A DNA stretch of 64,000 nt from Hyphomicrobiales bacterium (GTDB taxonomy: Bacteria > Pseudomonadota > Alphaproteobacteria > Rhizobiales > Beijerinckiaceae), in the NCBI GenBank assembly GCA_947455025.1, contig CANGLU010000001.1, forward strand, positions 29,106 to 93,105, given 5' to 3'. Below the pieces are notes generated by a model, which worked only from the letters and a program-made list of their open reading frames with translations, ran no database searches and was not told the DNA's origin. How positions within the stretch are numbered: the first letter of the stretch is position 1; every line of letters starts with the position of its first letter. Of the stretch, positions 41,558-53,022 are shown in pieces. A program made the position numbers and the translations under genes.

Positions 41558-42793
41558 CTAACGCAAATCGGGCGTTGCGTCAAACAACCGCCGATGTTCT
41601 TCCAGCGCGAAACGATCTGTCATTCCCGCGATATAATCCGCAATGTGGTAGGCTTTATCCCGCTCATCTGCTCCCTTTAGCCTTATTTGCCAATCTTCGG
41701 GCAATAATCGGCTATCGGTGTTAAAGCTGCGGTATAAATCCCTTAAAACATTTTCGGCCTGTGACCTAACCCGCATGACGTTCGGATTACGATACATATT
41801 GGCGAATAAGAAGGTTTTTATATCCTTATCCGCCGTCGCTAATGCCGGATTAAAGGCGATGACCGGATGGCTCGCCTGCCTAATGGCCTCAACCTTTAAT
41901 GCTTGAAACGGCACTAATCGCAGGCTGCCTTCGTCGATCACCCCCTCCACGAACCGCGTAATCAGCCTACGGGTTAGCTCGTGAATGATGCGTGTTTCTT
42001 CTAGATTTGGCCATTTTTTCTTAATTTCAGCCAAAATATCGCCCACAAATGGAATGTGGGCGAGGTCTGCCAAGGAAAACATGGCGGCGCGAAGTCCATC
42101 ATCAATGTCATGGGTATTGTAGGCGATATCGTCGGCAAGGGCCGCCACTTGGGCTTCAGGTCCGGCAAAGGAAGCCAAGTCGAGATGGCTCTGGGCATCT
42201 TCGACCAGAATATCGCTTGGAATTCCCGATTTTTGATATTTAGGCAGCGGATTACCGATTTTGTCCATTAATGGGCCATTGTGTTTTACAAGGCCTTCGC
42301 GGGTTTCCCATGTCAGATTCAACCCGTCAAAATCGGGGTAGCGCCGCTCAAGGCGCGTAACGATGCGCAGTGCCTGAGCATTATGATCAAACCCGCCAAA
42401 GGGAAGCACGCATTCATGCAGGACGTCTTCGCCGGTATGCCCGAAAGGTGTGTGGCCAAGGTCATGGGACAACGCCAATGCTTCGGCTAAATCTTCATCG
42501 AGGCCAAGCGCACGCGCGATTGACCGCGCTATCTGGGCCACTTCGATCGTATGGGTCAGCCGGGTCCGGAAGTGATCGCCCTCATGAAAGACGAAAACCT
42601 GCGTTTTGTGTTTTAACCGCCGAAAGGCCGTCGAGTGGATAATCCGGTCACGGTCCCGCTGAAATTCACTCCGCGTGGGTGAATGGGTCTCGGCGAATTG
42701 ACGCCCCCTTGATTGGGCGGGGTCGGACGCATAGGAGGCGCGCCAGCGATCAAATCTACGGTCCACATTTCCTCCGGTTGAAAAGAGAGACAT
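41558..42793 (-). CDS. dgt: dGTP triphosphohydrolase-like HD-domain protein
   Basis: The 411-aa ORF contains FQRDRDRIIHSTAFRRLKHKTQVF...RTRLTHTIEVAQIAR...HDLGHTPFGH. Confidence 0.93.
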   Translation of the reverse strand: MSLFSTGGNVDRRFDRWRASYASDPAQSRGRQFAETHSPTRSEFQRDRDRIIHSTAFRRLKHKTQVFVFHEGDHFRTRLTHTIEVAQIARSIARALGLDEDLAEALALSHDLGHTPFGHTGEDVLHECVLPFGGFDHNAQALRIVTRLERRYPDFDGLNLTWETREGLVKHNGPLMDKIGNPLPKYQKSGIPSDILVEDAQSHLDLASFAGPEAQVAALADDIAYNTHDIDDGLRAAMFSLADLAHIPFVGDILAEIKKKWPNLEETRIIHELTRRLITRFVEGVIDEGSLRLVPFQALKVEAIRQASHPVIAFNPALATADKDIKTFLFANMYRNPNVMRVRSQAENVLRDLYRSFNTDSRLLPEDWQIRLKGADERDKAYHIADYIAGMTDRFALEEHRRLFDATPDLR

Positions 42794-42833
42794 TCAGACC
42801 TATCTTCGAAGCAGATATTTTTGGTCTTTACCA

Positions 42834-43202
42834 ATGGAAAATGAAACGATCATGTCTGACAGCCAGCATTCATCCGATTGTTTCGACGTTACAGAGCGCG
42901 CCGCGCGCCGGATCCTGTCGATTCTCAACGATGAGCCGCTAGGATCGATGCTCCGGGTGAGTGTCAGCGGTGGCGGCTGTTCGGGCTTTCAATATGGCTT
43001 TACGTTTGATCAACAGCGCAATGCTGATGATCTGAGTGTCGAGAAAAATGGCGCTACCGTGTTGATCGATTCGGTTTCGCTGCCATTCGTCGCCGGTTCG
43101 ACACTGGATTTTGTCGATGATCTCATGGGTCAGAGCTTCCGCGTCACCAACCCCAATGCCACGGCTGCCTGTGGGTGCGGCACCAGCTTCTCGATTGGCT
43201 GA
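42834..43202 (+). CDS. erpA: iron-sulfur cluster insertion protein (HesB/IscA/ErpA family)
   Basis: It contains LRVSVSGGGCSGFQYGFTFD and ends in CGCGTSF. An alternative ATG lies at 42852. Confidence 0.9.
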   Translation: MENETIMSDSQHSSDCFDVTERAARRILSILNDEPLGSMLRVSVSGGGCSGFQYGFTFDQQRNADDLSVEKNGATVLIDSVSLPFVAGSTLDFVDDLMGQSFRVTNPNATAACGCGTSFSIG

Positions 43203-43241
43203 ATTTAACGTCTTTTGTCACTTTTTTACTTGTCCAACGGG

Positions 43242-43276
43242 CAAAATTGCTCCAATCCAAGGGTAGCAATTTTTTC
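43242..43276 (+). terminator. weak terminator-like hairpin after erpA
   Basis: ATTGCT (43246-43251) pairs with AGCAAT (43265-43270) and is followed by a T-run. The stem is AT-rich, so this is tentative. Confidence 0.3.
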
Positions 43277-43299
43277 AAACCGTGGATCTGTGAATTACA

Positions 43300-44193
43300 A
43301 TGGACGCGCTCTTTATTGGCCAAACCTACATCGATGTTACCTTCTTAACCGACCATATTCCGTCCGGTGACGAGAAAACGGTTGCTCAGGATTATGCGGT
43401 TTCGTTCGGTGGCAATGCGGTAACGGCAGCGTTTTGTTGTGCCAAGCTTGGTGTTGTTCCAGATCTGTTGACCTCGCTGGCCGATGATTGGCTTGGTCGC
43501 ATGTTTTTGGATATGGCTGCAAAATATGCCATTCCCGTCCATGGTCGTAAGGTCAAAGAAAGCTCGCTTTCCTTTGTTATTCCGAACAATGGAAAACGCG
43601 CGATCATTCGGTGCCGCGATGATGATTATCTGCATCCTTTCCCGACGCTACGTCTCGATGGTTGCCGTGCGCTTCATTTAGACGGACACATGGGCGATGC
43701 CGCCATCCATTACGCCAAAACATGCCGCGATTTGGGGGCTCTTGTCTCCCTTGATGGCGGTGGCGTGCGCTCCAATACGATGGATCTGTTGGAGCATATC
43801 GACGTGGCGATTTGTGGCGAGCGTCTGGCCGAGCAATTAAACCTTGATGACAAGGGTTTAATCGACCTTCTTAAAGCAAAAGGCGTTAAAATTGGTGGCG
43901 TAACCCGCGGTGAACGGGGCATGCTTTGGTACGATGAGAGCGGTAGTGTGCGCGTTCAACCGCCGCTTTCGGTTCCCTCGCAGGCCATTATTGATACCAA
44001 TGGTGCAGGCGATGTGTTCCATGGCGCCTATATGTATTCCTATTTGGCGCGCCCTGCTCTTCCGTGGGAATCGCATTTCGAATTTGCGCGGGCAGCTTCG
44101 ACGCATAAAATCCAAAAGCTTGGCAATGAGGCGGGCCTGCCCTCAATGACCGATATCACCACGGTCATGCAATCTTTTCGTCCTGCCGCATGA
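43300..44193 (+). CDS. PfkB-family (ribokinase-like) sugar kinase
   Basis: The 297-aa ORF has the C-terminal DTNGAGDVFHGAY motif, plus GG and NXXE-like elements. The substrate cannot be determined from sequence. Confidence 0.85.
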   Translation: MDALFIGQTYIDVTFLTDHIPSGDEKTVAQDYAVSFGGNAVTAAFCCAKLGVVPDLLTSLADDWLGRMFLDMAAKYAIPVHGRKVKESSLSFVIPNNGKRAIIRCRDDDYLHPFPTLRLDGCRALHLDGHMGDAAIHYAKTCRDLGALVSLDGGGVRSNTMDLLEHIDVAICGERLAEQLNLDDKGLIDLLKAKGVKIGGVTRGERGMLWYDESGSVRVQPPLSVPSQAIIDTNGAGDVFHGAYMYSYLARPALPWESHFEFARAASTHKIQKLGNEAGLPSMTDITTVMQSFRPAA

Positions 44194-44261
44194 TCTGACG
44201 CGGAAACGACATGATTGTTAGCTAAACGCAGGAAGATACCATTCGGGCGAGGAACAAAAAA

Positions 44262-46010
44262 ATGCTGAGACTCTTCAAATCACTTACGGGTCCGGTGTTT
44301 TTTCTCTTCGCCATTACGGCCCTTTCGACGATCGCCGGCGCGGCGGAGCCCGTTCGAATTGATAATCTGACGTTCAATTCGGGGGGCATGGCCTATCGCG
44401 CCGAAGGCATAGAGCTTGAAGGCGTCAATCTTTCCGCCGAGAGCATGGAAGCCCTCCTCCACGGCACCGATATCGCCGCTCAGGCCAAAGCGCTGTCGAC
44501 CTTGGACGCAACGATGATCAAGGTTTCGCGGCTTAGGCAGACCCAGACCGTTGGCGATCAAGCAACAACAACGATCTTTTCAAATGTGAGCTTGGCAAAC
44601 GTCAAGGCTGGCATTGTTGCGCGCCTGAAGGCCGAGAGTTCCACATTCGGCACGGTTGCAAACGCGGCGGGTGCCAGTTCCGGCTCGACGGGTGTGATTA
44701 CCCTCGACGATATCGATTTAGCGCTTCTCGTTGGATACGGTGCCACGGTCAAAGATAAAAAGTCCGATGACTTCCGGCGGGCCTACAGCCATGCTGAAAT
44801 CACGAAAATTGCATTTCAGAGCCCGAAAGCGGCCATTGTCAGCATTGATCGCATCAGCATTGGCGAAGTTCAATTGCGCAACAGCGGCGACGGAATTACC
44901 GCCACAAGCGAACGCTTGGCAAAAAGGCAAAATGACTCTTCCCAGACCGATGTCGATGTCTCGGCAACTCTGATGGACGTCGTCGACATCTTTTCATCCA
45001 TTTCAACGGGCCTGCTCGAATTTGAAAATATTTCGGTACGCGAAACGGAAACGCCAACGAATTTCGTCAACATCAACCGTTTTCAATATTCAGGCGGGGT
45101 AAACGCGGACGCGTCGGCCTACCGTATCGACGGCGTTGATGTCGAAATCGACGATTTTCACCTTAAAATCGGTAGTTTTGGTCAAAGCGGGATAAAGATT
45201 ACGCCCGTCTTGCAGACTTTGCGCAAAGCATTGGCCAAGCCAAATACAAAAGCGCAGGATATCGATCCGAGCCTCTTTTTTCCCCTGATTGGTCGCCTCG
45301 AATTGCACGATGCCATGCTCGACGCCAATCTCGATGGCCCCCAAAAATTCGGCGCACGAAGCGTGGTGTTTGCAATCGAACGCGCCAATGACGCGCTACC
45401 CAACCAAATTGAGCTGAGTTTTGATGGTATTTCGGGGCCGCTGCCGACCGATACGACGGATAGCACGATCCAGACGATCACCTCGCTTGGCTATCGTGAC
45501 CTGAACCTGTCGGGTGGAATTAAAGCCAATTTGGATCCCAAAACGCAGGAACTCGATTTCAACGCGAATATTTCGTCGCAAAACATGGCGAATATTGCGC
45601 TATCGAGCCGGTTTGGAAATATTTCTGCCGAAAGCCTGATCGCCAGCCCGAGCAACGCACCGATTACGCTGATGGGAGCAAGCCTGAAAAACTTCCGCAT
45701 TATGGTTGAAAACAGAGGTCTGGTCGAACGCCTCATTGACCAGCAGGCCATCAAGACCAAGCGGACAGCCGATCAGGTGCGCGCTTCTTATGCGTCGGCG
45801 GCGGCGGCAAGCCTGCAAATTTATTTGGGTATGTCGGAGAACGCCAAGGGCCTCACCAAGACGGTGGTGTCCTTCGTCAATAACCCGAACAAGCTGATGA
45901 TATCGGGGCAATCGAAGAAGCCCGCAGGCGTCACCATTGCCGACACGGCCACGGGCGACGGACCGGCGGCTATCCTCGATCTATTCGACCTTCAACGCGA
46001 ACCGCAATAA
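44262..46010 (+). CDS. hypothetical secreted/periplasmic protein, no family recognised
   Basis: The 582-aa ORF is preceded by a GAGGA RBS and has a signal peptide (MLRLFKSLTGPVFFLFAITALSTIAGAAEP). It has no transmembrane segments and contains recurring amphipathic beta-like I-x-I/V-x-x-V-x-L segments. Confidence 0.7.
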   Translation: MLRLFKSLTGPVFFLFAITALSTIAGAAEPVRIDNLTFNSGGMAYRAEGIELEGVNLSAESMEALLHGTDIAAQAKALSTLDATMIKVSRLRQTQTVGDQATTTIFSNVSLANVKAGIVARLKAESSTFGTVANAAGASSGSTGVITLDDIDLALLVGYGATVKDKKSDDFRRAYSHAEITKIAFQSPKAAIVSIDRISIGEVQLRNSGDGITATSERLAKRQNDSSQTDVDVSATLMDVVDIFSSISTGLLEFENISVRETETPTNFVNINRFQYSGGVNADASAYRIDGVDVEIDDFHLKIGSFGQSGIKITPVLQTLRKALAKPNTKAQDIDPSLFFPLIGRLELHDAMLDANLDGPQKFGARSVVFAIERANDALPNQIELSFDGISGPLPTDTTDSTIQTITSLGYRDLNLSGGIKANLDPKTQELDFNANISSQNMANIALSSRFGNISAESLIASPSNAPITLMGASLKNFRIMVENRGLVERLIDQQAIKTKRTADQVRASYASAAAASLQIYLGMSENAKGLTKTVVSFVNNPNKLMISGQSKKPAGVTIADTATGDGPAAILDLFDLQREPQ

Positions 46011-46013
46011 TCC

Positions 46014-48296
46014 TCAGCCGCCATTTGCCTGGGCTTCGACAACCGCCAACGCCGTCATATTGACGACGCCGCGCGCGGTGACCGATGTTGTCAGCACGTG
46101 CGCTGGCTTAGCCGTGCCCAACAAGATAGGACCCACCGGCAAAGCGTCGGCCAATACTTTGATCAGCTGCTGCGCGATATTGGCCGCATCTAGGTTCGGC
46201 ATGATGAGAATATTGGCGTCGCCATCAAGCTTGCAGTCCGGCAGACGCTTGGCGCGAATGGCTTGAACGAGCGCGGTATCGCCCTGCATTTCCCCATCAA
46301 CATGCAAATGAGGCGCGCGTGTGCGGATAATCTCCAGCGCCCGCCGCATTTTAACAGCCGATGCAGCGTCCGAATCCCCGAAATCCGAATGCGACAACAA
46401 AGCGATCTTCGGCGCGATACCGAAGCGTTCGACATGGCCTGCGCATAACAAAGCGATGTCGGCAATATCATCGGCATCGGGGTCGTGTTTAACATGGGTA
46501 TCGGCAAGAAAATAATGGCCCTTTGACGTGATCATCAGCGTCATCGCGGACAAATCACGCACACCTGGCTTGAGCCCGATAATGTCGCGGATATTGCGCA
46601 GCTTTGAGTTAAAGCGACCTTCGAGGCCTGCGATCATCGCGTCCGCATCGCCCCGCATCACGGCAATGGCGGCGATAACGGTCGAGTTTGTGCGGATCAG
46701 CGTTTTGGCCGCATCTGGCGTCACGCCTTTGCGACCGACCAATTCGATAAGCGTTGCTACATAATCGCGGTAACGCGGATCATCATCCGGATTGATGACG
46801 GCAACGTTTTTGCCTGGGCGGATCGTGAGACCATATCGTTCGCAGCGCGTTTCAATGACATTCGGGCGGCCGATCAAAATGGGGATGGCAAACCCTTCTT
46901 CGATCGCGATTTGGGCCGCGCGCAATACGCGCTCATCCTCGCCATCGGAATAAATCACGCGCTTCGGCGCGGCTTTTGCCTGCTCGAAAATCGGCTTCAT
47001 GATAAAGCCCGACCGGAACACAAAGCCCGACAGGCGTTCTTCATAGGCTTTAAAATCGGTAATCGGCCGCCGCGCGACACCCGACGCTATCGCAGCCTTT
47101 GCAACCGCAGGCGCTATCCGAAGGATCAGGCGCGGATCAAACGGGCTTGGAATAAGCGACTCGGCCCCAAAGGTGGAAACTTCCCCGCCATAGGCTTTTG
47201 CCGCCACATCAGAAGGAGCTTCTCGCGCCAGCCGCGCGATGGCCGCAACCGCTGCGAGCTTCATTTCCTCATTGATCGTGCGCGCGCCAACATCCAGCGC
47301 ACCTCTGAAAATATAGGGAAAGCACAACACATTATTGACCTGATTGGGATAATCAGATCGGCCTGTGCACATCATCGCGTCGGGCCGTACTGCGCGGGCT
47401 GCTTCTGGCATGATTTCCGGATTGGGATTAGCGAGCGCCAAGATCAACGGCTTCGGCGCCATTTTGGCCACCATTTCAGGTTTTAAGACACCACCCGCCG
47501 AAAGGCCTAAAAACACATCCGCGCCTTCGATAATCTCGGCCAAGGTGCGTTTATCGGTTTCCTGCGCAAAGACGCTCTTCCAAGGATCCATCAGCGCCAC
47601 GCGGCCGCGATACACGATGCCTTCAAGATCGCTGATCCAAATGTTTTCGCGTTTCACGCCCAAGGAAACGAGCAGATTGAGGCAGGCGAGTGCTGCAGCA
47701 CCCGCGCCCGAGGCGACAATCTTGATCGTTTCCATGGTTTTGCCGGCCAAATCGACGGCGTTTAAAACGGCAGCGCCAACAATGATGGCTGTGCCATGCT
47801 GATCATCGTGAAAGACGGGGATATCCATCTTTGCCCGAAGCTTGGCTTCAATTTCAAAGCATTCCGGCGCTTTGATGTCTTCAAGATTGATCCCGCCAAA
47901 GGTCGGCTCAAGGGCTGCCACGACGTCAACAAACCGGTCGACATTGTTTTCGGCCACCTCGATATCGAACACGTCTATGCCAGCGAATTTCTTGAAGAGA
48001 ACCGCTTTGCCTTCCATCACGGGCTTTGAGGCCAGAGGCCCGATATTGCCCAAGCCCAAAACCGCCGTGCCATTCGAAATAACGGCAACGAGATTTTGTC
48101 GGCTGGTCAGCTCGGCCGCCAATTCGGGATCAGCCGCAATGGCTTCGCAGGGCGCGGCGACACCCGGCGAATAGGCCAACGCCAAATCGCGCTGGTTGCC
48201 GAGCGGCTTGGTCGCCTGGATCTCGAGTTTCCCCGGACGCGGAAACCGGTGATAGACCATAGACCCTGCGCGAAGATCATCCGAGGCATCTGACAT
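46014..48296 (-). CDS. maeB: NAD(P)-dependent malic enzyme with a C-terminal phosphotransacetylase-like domain
   Basis: The 760-aa ORF contains [13 protein letters not shown]...[42 protein letters not shown]. Confidence 0.95.
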   Translation of the reverse strand: MSDASDDLRAGSMVYHRFPRPGKLEIQATKPLGNQRDLALAYSPGVAAPCEAIAADPELAAELTSRQNLVAVISNGTAVLGLGNIGPLASKPVMEGKAVLFKKFAGIDVFDIEVAENNVDRFVDVVAALEPTFGGINLEDIKAPECFEIEAKLRAKMDIPVFHDDQHGTAIIVGAAVLNAVDLAGKTMETIKIVASGAGAAALACLNLLVSLGVKRENIWISDLEGIVYRGRVALMDPWKSVFAQETDKRTLAEIIEGADVFLGLSAGGVLKPEMVAKMAPKPLILALANPNPEIMPEAARAVRPDAMMCTGRSDYPNQVNNVLCFPYIFRGALDVGARTINEEMKLAAVAAIARLAREAPSDVAAKAYGGEVSTFGAESLIPSPFDPRLILRIAPAVAKAAIASGVARRPITDFKAYEERLSGFVFRSGFIMKPIFEQAKAAPKRVIYSDGEDERVLRAAQIAIEEGFAIPILIGRPNVIETRCERYGLTIRPGKNVAVINPDDDPRYRDYVATLIELVGRKGVTPDAAKTLIRTNSTVIAAIAVMRGDADAMIAGLEGRFNSKLRNIRDIIGLKPGVRDLSAMTLMITSKGHYFLADTHVKHDPDADDIADIALLCAGHVERFGIAPKIALLSHSDFGDSDAASAVKMRRALEIIRTRAPHLHVDGEMQGDTALVQAIRAKRLPDCKLDGDANILIMPNLDAANIAQQLIKVLADALPVGPILLGTAKPAHVLTTSVTARGVVNMTALAVVEAQANGG

Positions 48297-48339
48297 GGTC
48301 TTTTCCCTTAATAAATCATTCTAACCGTCTGTTATTGTT

Positions 48340-50139
48340 TTACTTCTCTGGCAGATTAAGCCTCAAATGCAATTCCCGCAATTGCCGCGGAGTAGCCTCG
48401 GACGGCGCCCCCATCAACAAGTCTTGAGCCTGCTGGTTCATCGGGAATAGCGCAACTTCACGAAGGTTTTGTGCACCACAGAGCAACATCACAATCCGGT
48501 CAACGCCCGCCGCCATACCGCCATGCGGCGGCGCGCCATATTGGAACGCGCGATACATGCCGCCAAAGCGCTCGATCACGGTCTCTTCGCCATAGCCCGC
48601 GATTTCAAACGCCTTCACCATGCCTTCAGGACGATGATTGCGGATACCGCCCGAGGCAATCTCGAACCCGTTGCAGGCGATATCATATTGGAACGCTTTG
48701 ATCGTGAGTGGATCTTGGTTTTGAAGCGCATCCATCCCGCCTTGCGGCATCGAGAATGGATTATGCGAGAAATCGACCTTTTTCTCGTCTTCGTTCCATT
48801 CGAACATCGGGAAATCGACAATCCACGCTAGTTCATAGCGGTTCTCATCAATCAGATTGAGATCCTGCCCGACTTTAATGCGGGCCGATCCTGCGAATTT
48901 GATAAATTTCTCAGGATCGCCCGCGACAAAGAATGCCGCATCGCCTTCCTTCAAACCAAGCTGCTGACGGATGGCTTCGGTCCGCTCCGGCCCGATATTA
49001 TTGGCAATGGGCCCCGCGCCGCCCGTTTCGCCTTCGCGCCAGAAGACATAACCAAGACCGGGCTGGCCTTCACCCTGCGCCCAAGCGTTCATCCGGTCAC
49101 AGAAAGTGCGCTGACCACCTGTTGGTGCCGGAACGGCCCAAATCCGGTTCTTAGGCTCTTCCAAAATCCGTGCAAACACTTTGAAATTAGAGCCCCGGAA
49201 ATGCTCCGAGACATCCGCCATTTCGAGCGGCTCGCTCGTATGCGGGTTGCGGATACGCAAATCGGGCTTATCGGAGCCATATTTATCCATGGAAACCGCA
49301 TAAGGGATGCGCGGCCATGGGCTAGGTGTCACCATCTTGCCATTGCCGAACTCGCGGAAAATTCCGCCAATGACCGGCTCAACAGCTGCAAAAATATCTT
49401 CCTGCTCGACAAAGCTCATTTCCAAATCGAGCTGGTAGAACTCGCCCGGCAAACGGTCGGCGCGCGGGTCTTCATCGCGGAAGCACGGCGCAATCTGGAA
49501 ATAACGATCAAAGCCCGCCATCATAAGAAGCTGCTTATATTGCTGCGGCGCCTGCGGCAAAGCGTAAAATGTACCCGGATGGATGCGGGATGGCACCAAA
49601 AAGTCACGCGCGCCTTCCGGCGATGAAGCCGTCAAAATGGGGGTCTGGAATTCGTTGAACCCCTGCTCTTTCATCTTGGTGCGCATGGCATCGACAACAC
49701 GGCCGCGCGTCATGATGTTGTTGTGCAGCTTTTCGCGGCGCAAATCGAGGAAGCGGTATTTAAGCCGCGTTTCCTCGGGGAAAGGCTGATCGCCAAACAC
49801 CTGTACCGGCAATTCCGCCGATGGCCCCAAGACCTCGATATGGGTCACATAAATCTCGATCAGGCCCGTGGGCAAATCGCGATTTTCAGTGCCTGCTGGA
49901 CGTAGACGGGCTTTGCCGTCACACCGCACCACCCATTCGGAGCGGAGTGTTTCGGCTATTTTGAAGGCGGGCGAGTCCGGATCAACCACGCATTGGGTCA
50001 GCCCATAATGGTCGCGCAAATCGATAAACAGGACGCCGCCATGGTCGCGAATACGGTGGCACCATCCGGAGATGCGGACATCTGAGCCAACATCGGTATC
50101 ACGGAGGGCTCCGCAGGTGTGGGAACGATAGCGGTGCAT
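48340..50139 (-). CDS. aspS: aspartyl-tRNA synthetase
   Basis: ORF trimmed to the ATG at 50139, which is preceded by GAGGA. The product starts [13 protein letters not shown], and class II motifs are present ([28 protein letters not shown]). Confidence 0.96.
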   Translation of the reverse strand: MHRYRSHTCGALRDTDVGSDVRISGWCHRIRDHGGVLFIDLRDHYGLTQCVVDPDSPAFKIAETLRSEWVVRCDGKARLRPAGTENRDLPTGLIEIYVTHIEVLGPSAELPVQVFGDQPFPEETRLKYRFLDLRREKLHNNIMTRGRVVDAMRTKMKEQGFNEFQTPILTASSPEGARDFLVPSRIHPGTFYALPQAPQQYKQLLMMAGFDRYFQIAPCFRDEDPRADRLPGEFYQLDLEMSFVEQEDIFAAVEPVIGGIFREFGNGKMVTPSPWPRIPYAVSMDKYGSDKPDLRIRNPHTSEPLEMADVSEHFRGSNFKVFARILEEPKNRIWAVPAPTGGQRTFCDRMNAWAQGEGQPGLGYVFWREGETGGAGPIANNIGPERTEAIRQQLGLKEGDAAFFVAGDPEKFIKFAGSARIKVGQDLNLIDENRYELAWIVDFPMFEWNEDEKKVDFSHNPFSMPQGGMDALQNQDPLTIKAFQYDIACNGFEIASGGIRNHRPEGMVKAFEIAGYGEETVIERFGGMYRAFQYGAPPHGGMAAGVDRIVMLLCGAQNLREVALFPMNQQAQDLLMGAPSEATPRQLRELHLRLNLPEK

Positions 50140-50315
50140 GGGTATCCTCATCAATCAAATCAGGTCTAAGGGGTTTTCGGGAGAACGCATGCAGGCGCTT
50201 GTGTTGTCAAGAGAAACCCTCTGACGTTATGGGTGCCCTGACATCGAATTGTCGTATAAGGGGACCCTTCGCGGTAATCGTGCCGTTGATTCGACTAAGT
50301 TGATATGATCCGCCA

Positions 50316-51461
50316 ATGCCTCTTATAACCGACACCTCCTCCCTTTCCGATGCTTGCACCCGTATGGCCAAGCACAGCTATGTGACCGTCGACACGGAAT
50401 TTATGCGGGAGACGACGTTCTATCCAAAGCTCTGCCTGATCCAGATGGCCAGCGAGGAAGAGGATATTCTGATTGATCCATTGGCGGATGGTCTGGATTT
50501 AAGCCCGTTTTTTGCCCTGATGCGCGATACAAACGTCGTCAAAGTGTTCCATTCCGGCCGTCAGGATCTGGAAATTTTGTGGAACCTTGATCGCTGCATT
50601 CCCGTGCCGTGCTTCGATACGCAAGTCGCCGCCATGGTTGCGGGCTATGGCGATAGCGTTTCTTATGAGCAATTGGCCCATGATCTGGCTAAAGCCAAAA
50701 TCGATAAATCATCGCGTTTTACCGATTGGTCGCAACGCCCGCTCAGCGAAGCCCAACTTGTCTATGCCCGCTCCGACGTTACTCATTTGCGCAATGTCTA
50801 TAAAGCGCTTGCGGGAAAATTGGAGCAATCAGGCCGATCCCATTGGCTTGAAGATGAGATGACATTGCTCACCTCACCTTCGACCTATGAGCTTGATCCG
50901 CAAGACGCATGGAAGCGTTTAAGAGGCCGCGTCCGCAAGCCGAGAGAACTCGCCATTCTGATCGAATTGGCGGCTTGGCGTGAACGGGAAGCACGTTCTC
51001 GCGATGTACCGCGCTCACGGGTGCTGAAAGACGACGCCATCATGGACGTTGCGACATCCGCGCCGCGATCGGTCGAAGCGCTTGCAAAGCTCCGCTCCAT
51101 CCCAAATGGATTTGAACGCTCCCGCTCGGGTGCGGAAATTATATCCGCCGTCGAACGGGCGCTCGAAATTGATCCCAAATCCCTGCCGGAATTGGAGCGG
51201 TCGGAACGCAAACCCTATAATCCCGCAGCCGTTGAACTCTTAAAAGTCTTGCTTCGGATGACCTGCGACAATGAAGGCGTTGCTGCTAAAATTGTGGCAA
51301 CGGTTGACGAGTTGGAGGCTATTGCTGCCGATGACAATGCCGATGTGCCATCGTTGAAGGGCTGGCGGCGTGAGCTTTTTGGCGAAAAAGCACTGGACCT
51401 AAAGAATGGCCGTTTAGCCTTGGCTTTTTCCAATGGTCGGGTTGTAACGCTGCCCCGTTAA
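50316..51461 (+). CDS. rnd: ribonuclease D
   Basis: The 381-aa ORF has a DEDD exonuclease domain ([10 protein letters not shown]...[11 protein letters not shown]...YARSDVTHL) followed by an HRDC region. Confidence 0.92.
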   Translation: MPLITDTSSLSDACTRMAKHSYVTVDTEFMRETTFYPKLCLIQMASEEEDILIDPLADGLDLSPFFALMRDTNVVKVFHSGRQDLEILWNLDRCIPVPCFDTQVAAMVAGYGDSVSYEQLAHDLAKAKIDKSSRFTDWSQRPLSEAQLVYARSDVTHLRNVYKALAGKLEQSGRSHWLEDEMTLLTSPSTYELDPQDAWKRLRGRVRKPRELAILIELAAWREREARSRDVPRSRVLKDDAIMDVATSAPRSVEALAKLRSIPNGFERSRSGAEIISAVERALEIDPKSLPELERSERKPYNPAAVELLKVLLRMTCDNEGVAAKIVATVDELEAIAADDNADVPSLKGWRRELFGEKALDLKNGRLALAFSNGRVVTLPR

Positions 51462-52969
51462 GCGTCGCCTACGACCAAAACGGGTGAGCGACCGATCACC
51501 CGCGCCAAGGCCCGTAAACGGTTAAACACGCGCTCGCCCGACAAAGCCGCCAGATCCTCCGGAACGCGAAGGACAAGGTCATCTTTTACGCATAACAAGG
51601 GGGTCCGCGGTAAAACGCCAGGCATGGCGGCGGTGATGAGATAGGCAACCCGCATCGCGGCTCCCAAAATGCGTGCGCGATCAATCATTCGGCTACTGGC
51701 CAATTCGCGCAGTCGAGGGCTGACTTCATCGTCCGAAATACCCATATGCCGATAGGCAACGGCGAGCGCAATAAACACACGTCCCGGATGATCGACCCCG
51801 ATAAAACTGGCATTCGCTATAATGTTCAGCGATTGCTCGCCGCGGTAATCCGGATGCGCGCGCCATCCGATATCGGCCAATAGGCAGGCCGCGTGGCGCA
51901 AGCGCTTTTCTTCAATGGTCTCCGTGATATGCGTCGACGCCATGAAGGCATCCGTCCACTCGATAATTTCCTGGCAATGGCGGGGCGAGCGCGACCGTAG
52001 AATGTTAAGATCATTGGCGGCTGTTAAAAGCGGGTCTTGCTCGAGTATTTTTTCGTCCAGTCGCTCAAACAACAATCCTTCGCGAACGCCTTGTGCCGAA
52101 ATAACGATCTCGGCCGGCTTACATTTGCGAATGAGTTCCTCGAGCACCAGAGCGCCATAACCGACGAGCGGCCGACGTGCCGCCGAGACCGCTTCAATCG
52201 AGTCAATTGTGTCGGTCGCCACGCGCTCGATGAGAGAGGTGAAATCTTCCGCATCGCGGACCGGTATCACGTAATTATGCATGACATGCAGCGGATAGCC
52301 TCGTTGCTTCATATGCAATCGGGCAAGCGAACGCCATGTTCCACCTACCGCATAAATTGCTTTGCCTTTAGCGGCTTTCAATTGCGGAAGATGATCCAGC
52401 TCTTTCCGGATGATCTTCTGCGCCTTTTTTAAATTGCCGCCGGACCGATCCTGCAGGGATAAAACGCCTATCGGCAAGGTTGTGCCCTGCCCCAGTTTTT
52501 GACCCTTAACACCGATAAGCTCCAAAGAGCCGCCACCAAGATCGGCAACGAGGCCATCGGCCTTATAAATGCCCATCGCGACACCGAGTGCCGACAATTC
52601 AGCCTCGCGCTTTCCGGAAATGAGATCGACTTTGCAGCCAATAATGTTGGAACATTCTTCCAAAAATTGCGGACCATTTTTGGCGTCTCGTGCCGCAGCC
52701 GTGGCAATGACTTGAATGTTTTTGATCTGCATTACGGAACACAAAACGCGAAAACGGCGCAGCGCTTCGTAGGCTTTATCCATCCCGTCTTGCGGCAATA
52801 ATCCGGTCGACAAAACGCCGCGACCCAAGCCGCAGAGCGCCTTTTCATTAAAGATAGGGGTCGGTGAACGGGTTAAACCTTCATAGGCAACAAGACGCAC
52901 CGAGTTCGATCCGATATCGATAATCGCAACCGGTTCGCCTACTCTCAAACGCCCTTGAGCTTCGTTCAC
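51458..52969 (-). CDS. ppx: exopolyphosphatase (Ppx/GppA family)
   Basis: The 503-aa ORF contains [17 protein letters not shown]...DLGGGSLEL. It has a GTG start, with an alternative TTG 7 codons downstream. Confidence 0.92.
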   Translation of the reverse strand: MNEAQGRLRVGEPVAIIDIGSNSVRLVAYEGLTRSPTPIFNEKALCGLGRGVLSTGLLPQDGMDKAYEALRRFRVLCSVMQIKNIQVIATAAARDAKNGPQFLEECSNIIGCKVDLISGKREAELSALGVAMGIYKADGLVADLGGGSLELIGVKGQKLGQGTTLPIGVLSLQDRSGGNLKKAQKIIRKELDHLPQLKAAKGKAIYAVGGTWRSLARLHMKQRGYPLHVMHNYVIPVRDAEDFTSLIERVATDTIDSIEAVSAARRPLVGYGALVLEELIRKCKPAEIVISAQGVREGLLFERLDEKILEQDPLLTAANDLNILRSRSPRHCQEIIEWTDAFMASTHITETIEEKRLRHAACLLADIGWRAHPDYRGEQSLNIIANASFIGVDHPGRVFIALAVAYRHMGISDDEVSPRLRELASSRMIDRARILGAAMRVAYLITAAMPGVLPRTPLLCVKDDLVLRVPEDLAALSGERVFNRLRALARVIGRSPVLVVGDA

Positions 52970-53022
52970 AATGTCATACCTTTAGCCATCTCGACGATGG
53001 GCCAGGCGCAAAAGCCTTACAG

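Noticed and set aside
42801-42817. The inverted repeat TATCT-N7-AGATA in the 40-bp dgt-erpA divergent spacer, considered as a possible iron or Fe-S regulator site.
   Set aside because: The arms are only 5 bp. The repeat does not match the Irr ICE, RirA IRO or IscR motifs that I know. Chance occurrence is likely.
50335-50343. An exact CCTCCTCCC (the cuckoo/CcsR loop motif) near the 5' end of rnd.
   Set aside because: It lies inside the rnd coding frame (TDTSSLS), with no flanking hairpin or terminator. I consider it coincidental.
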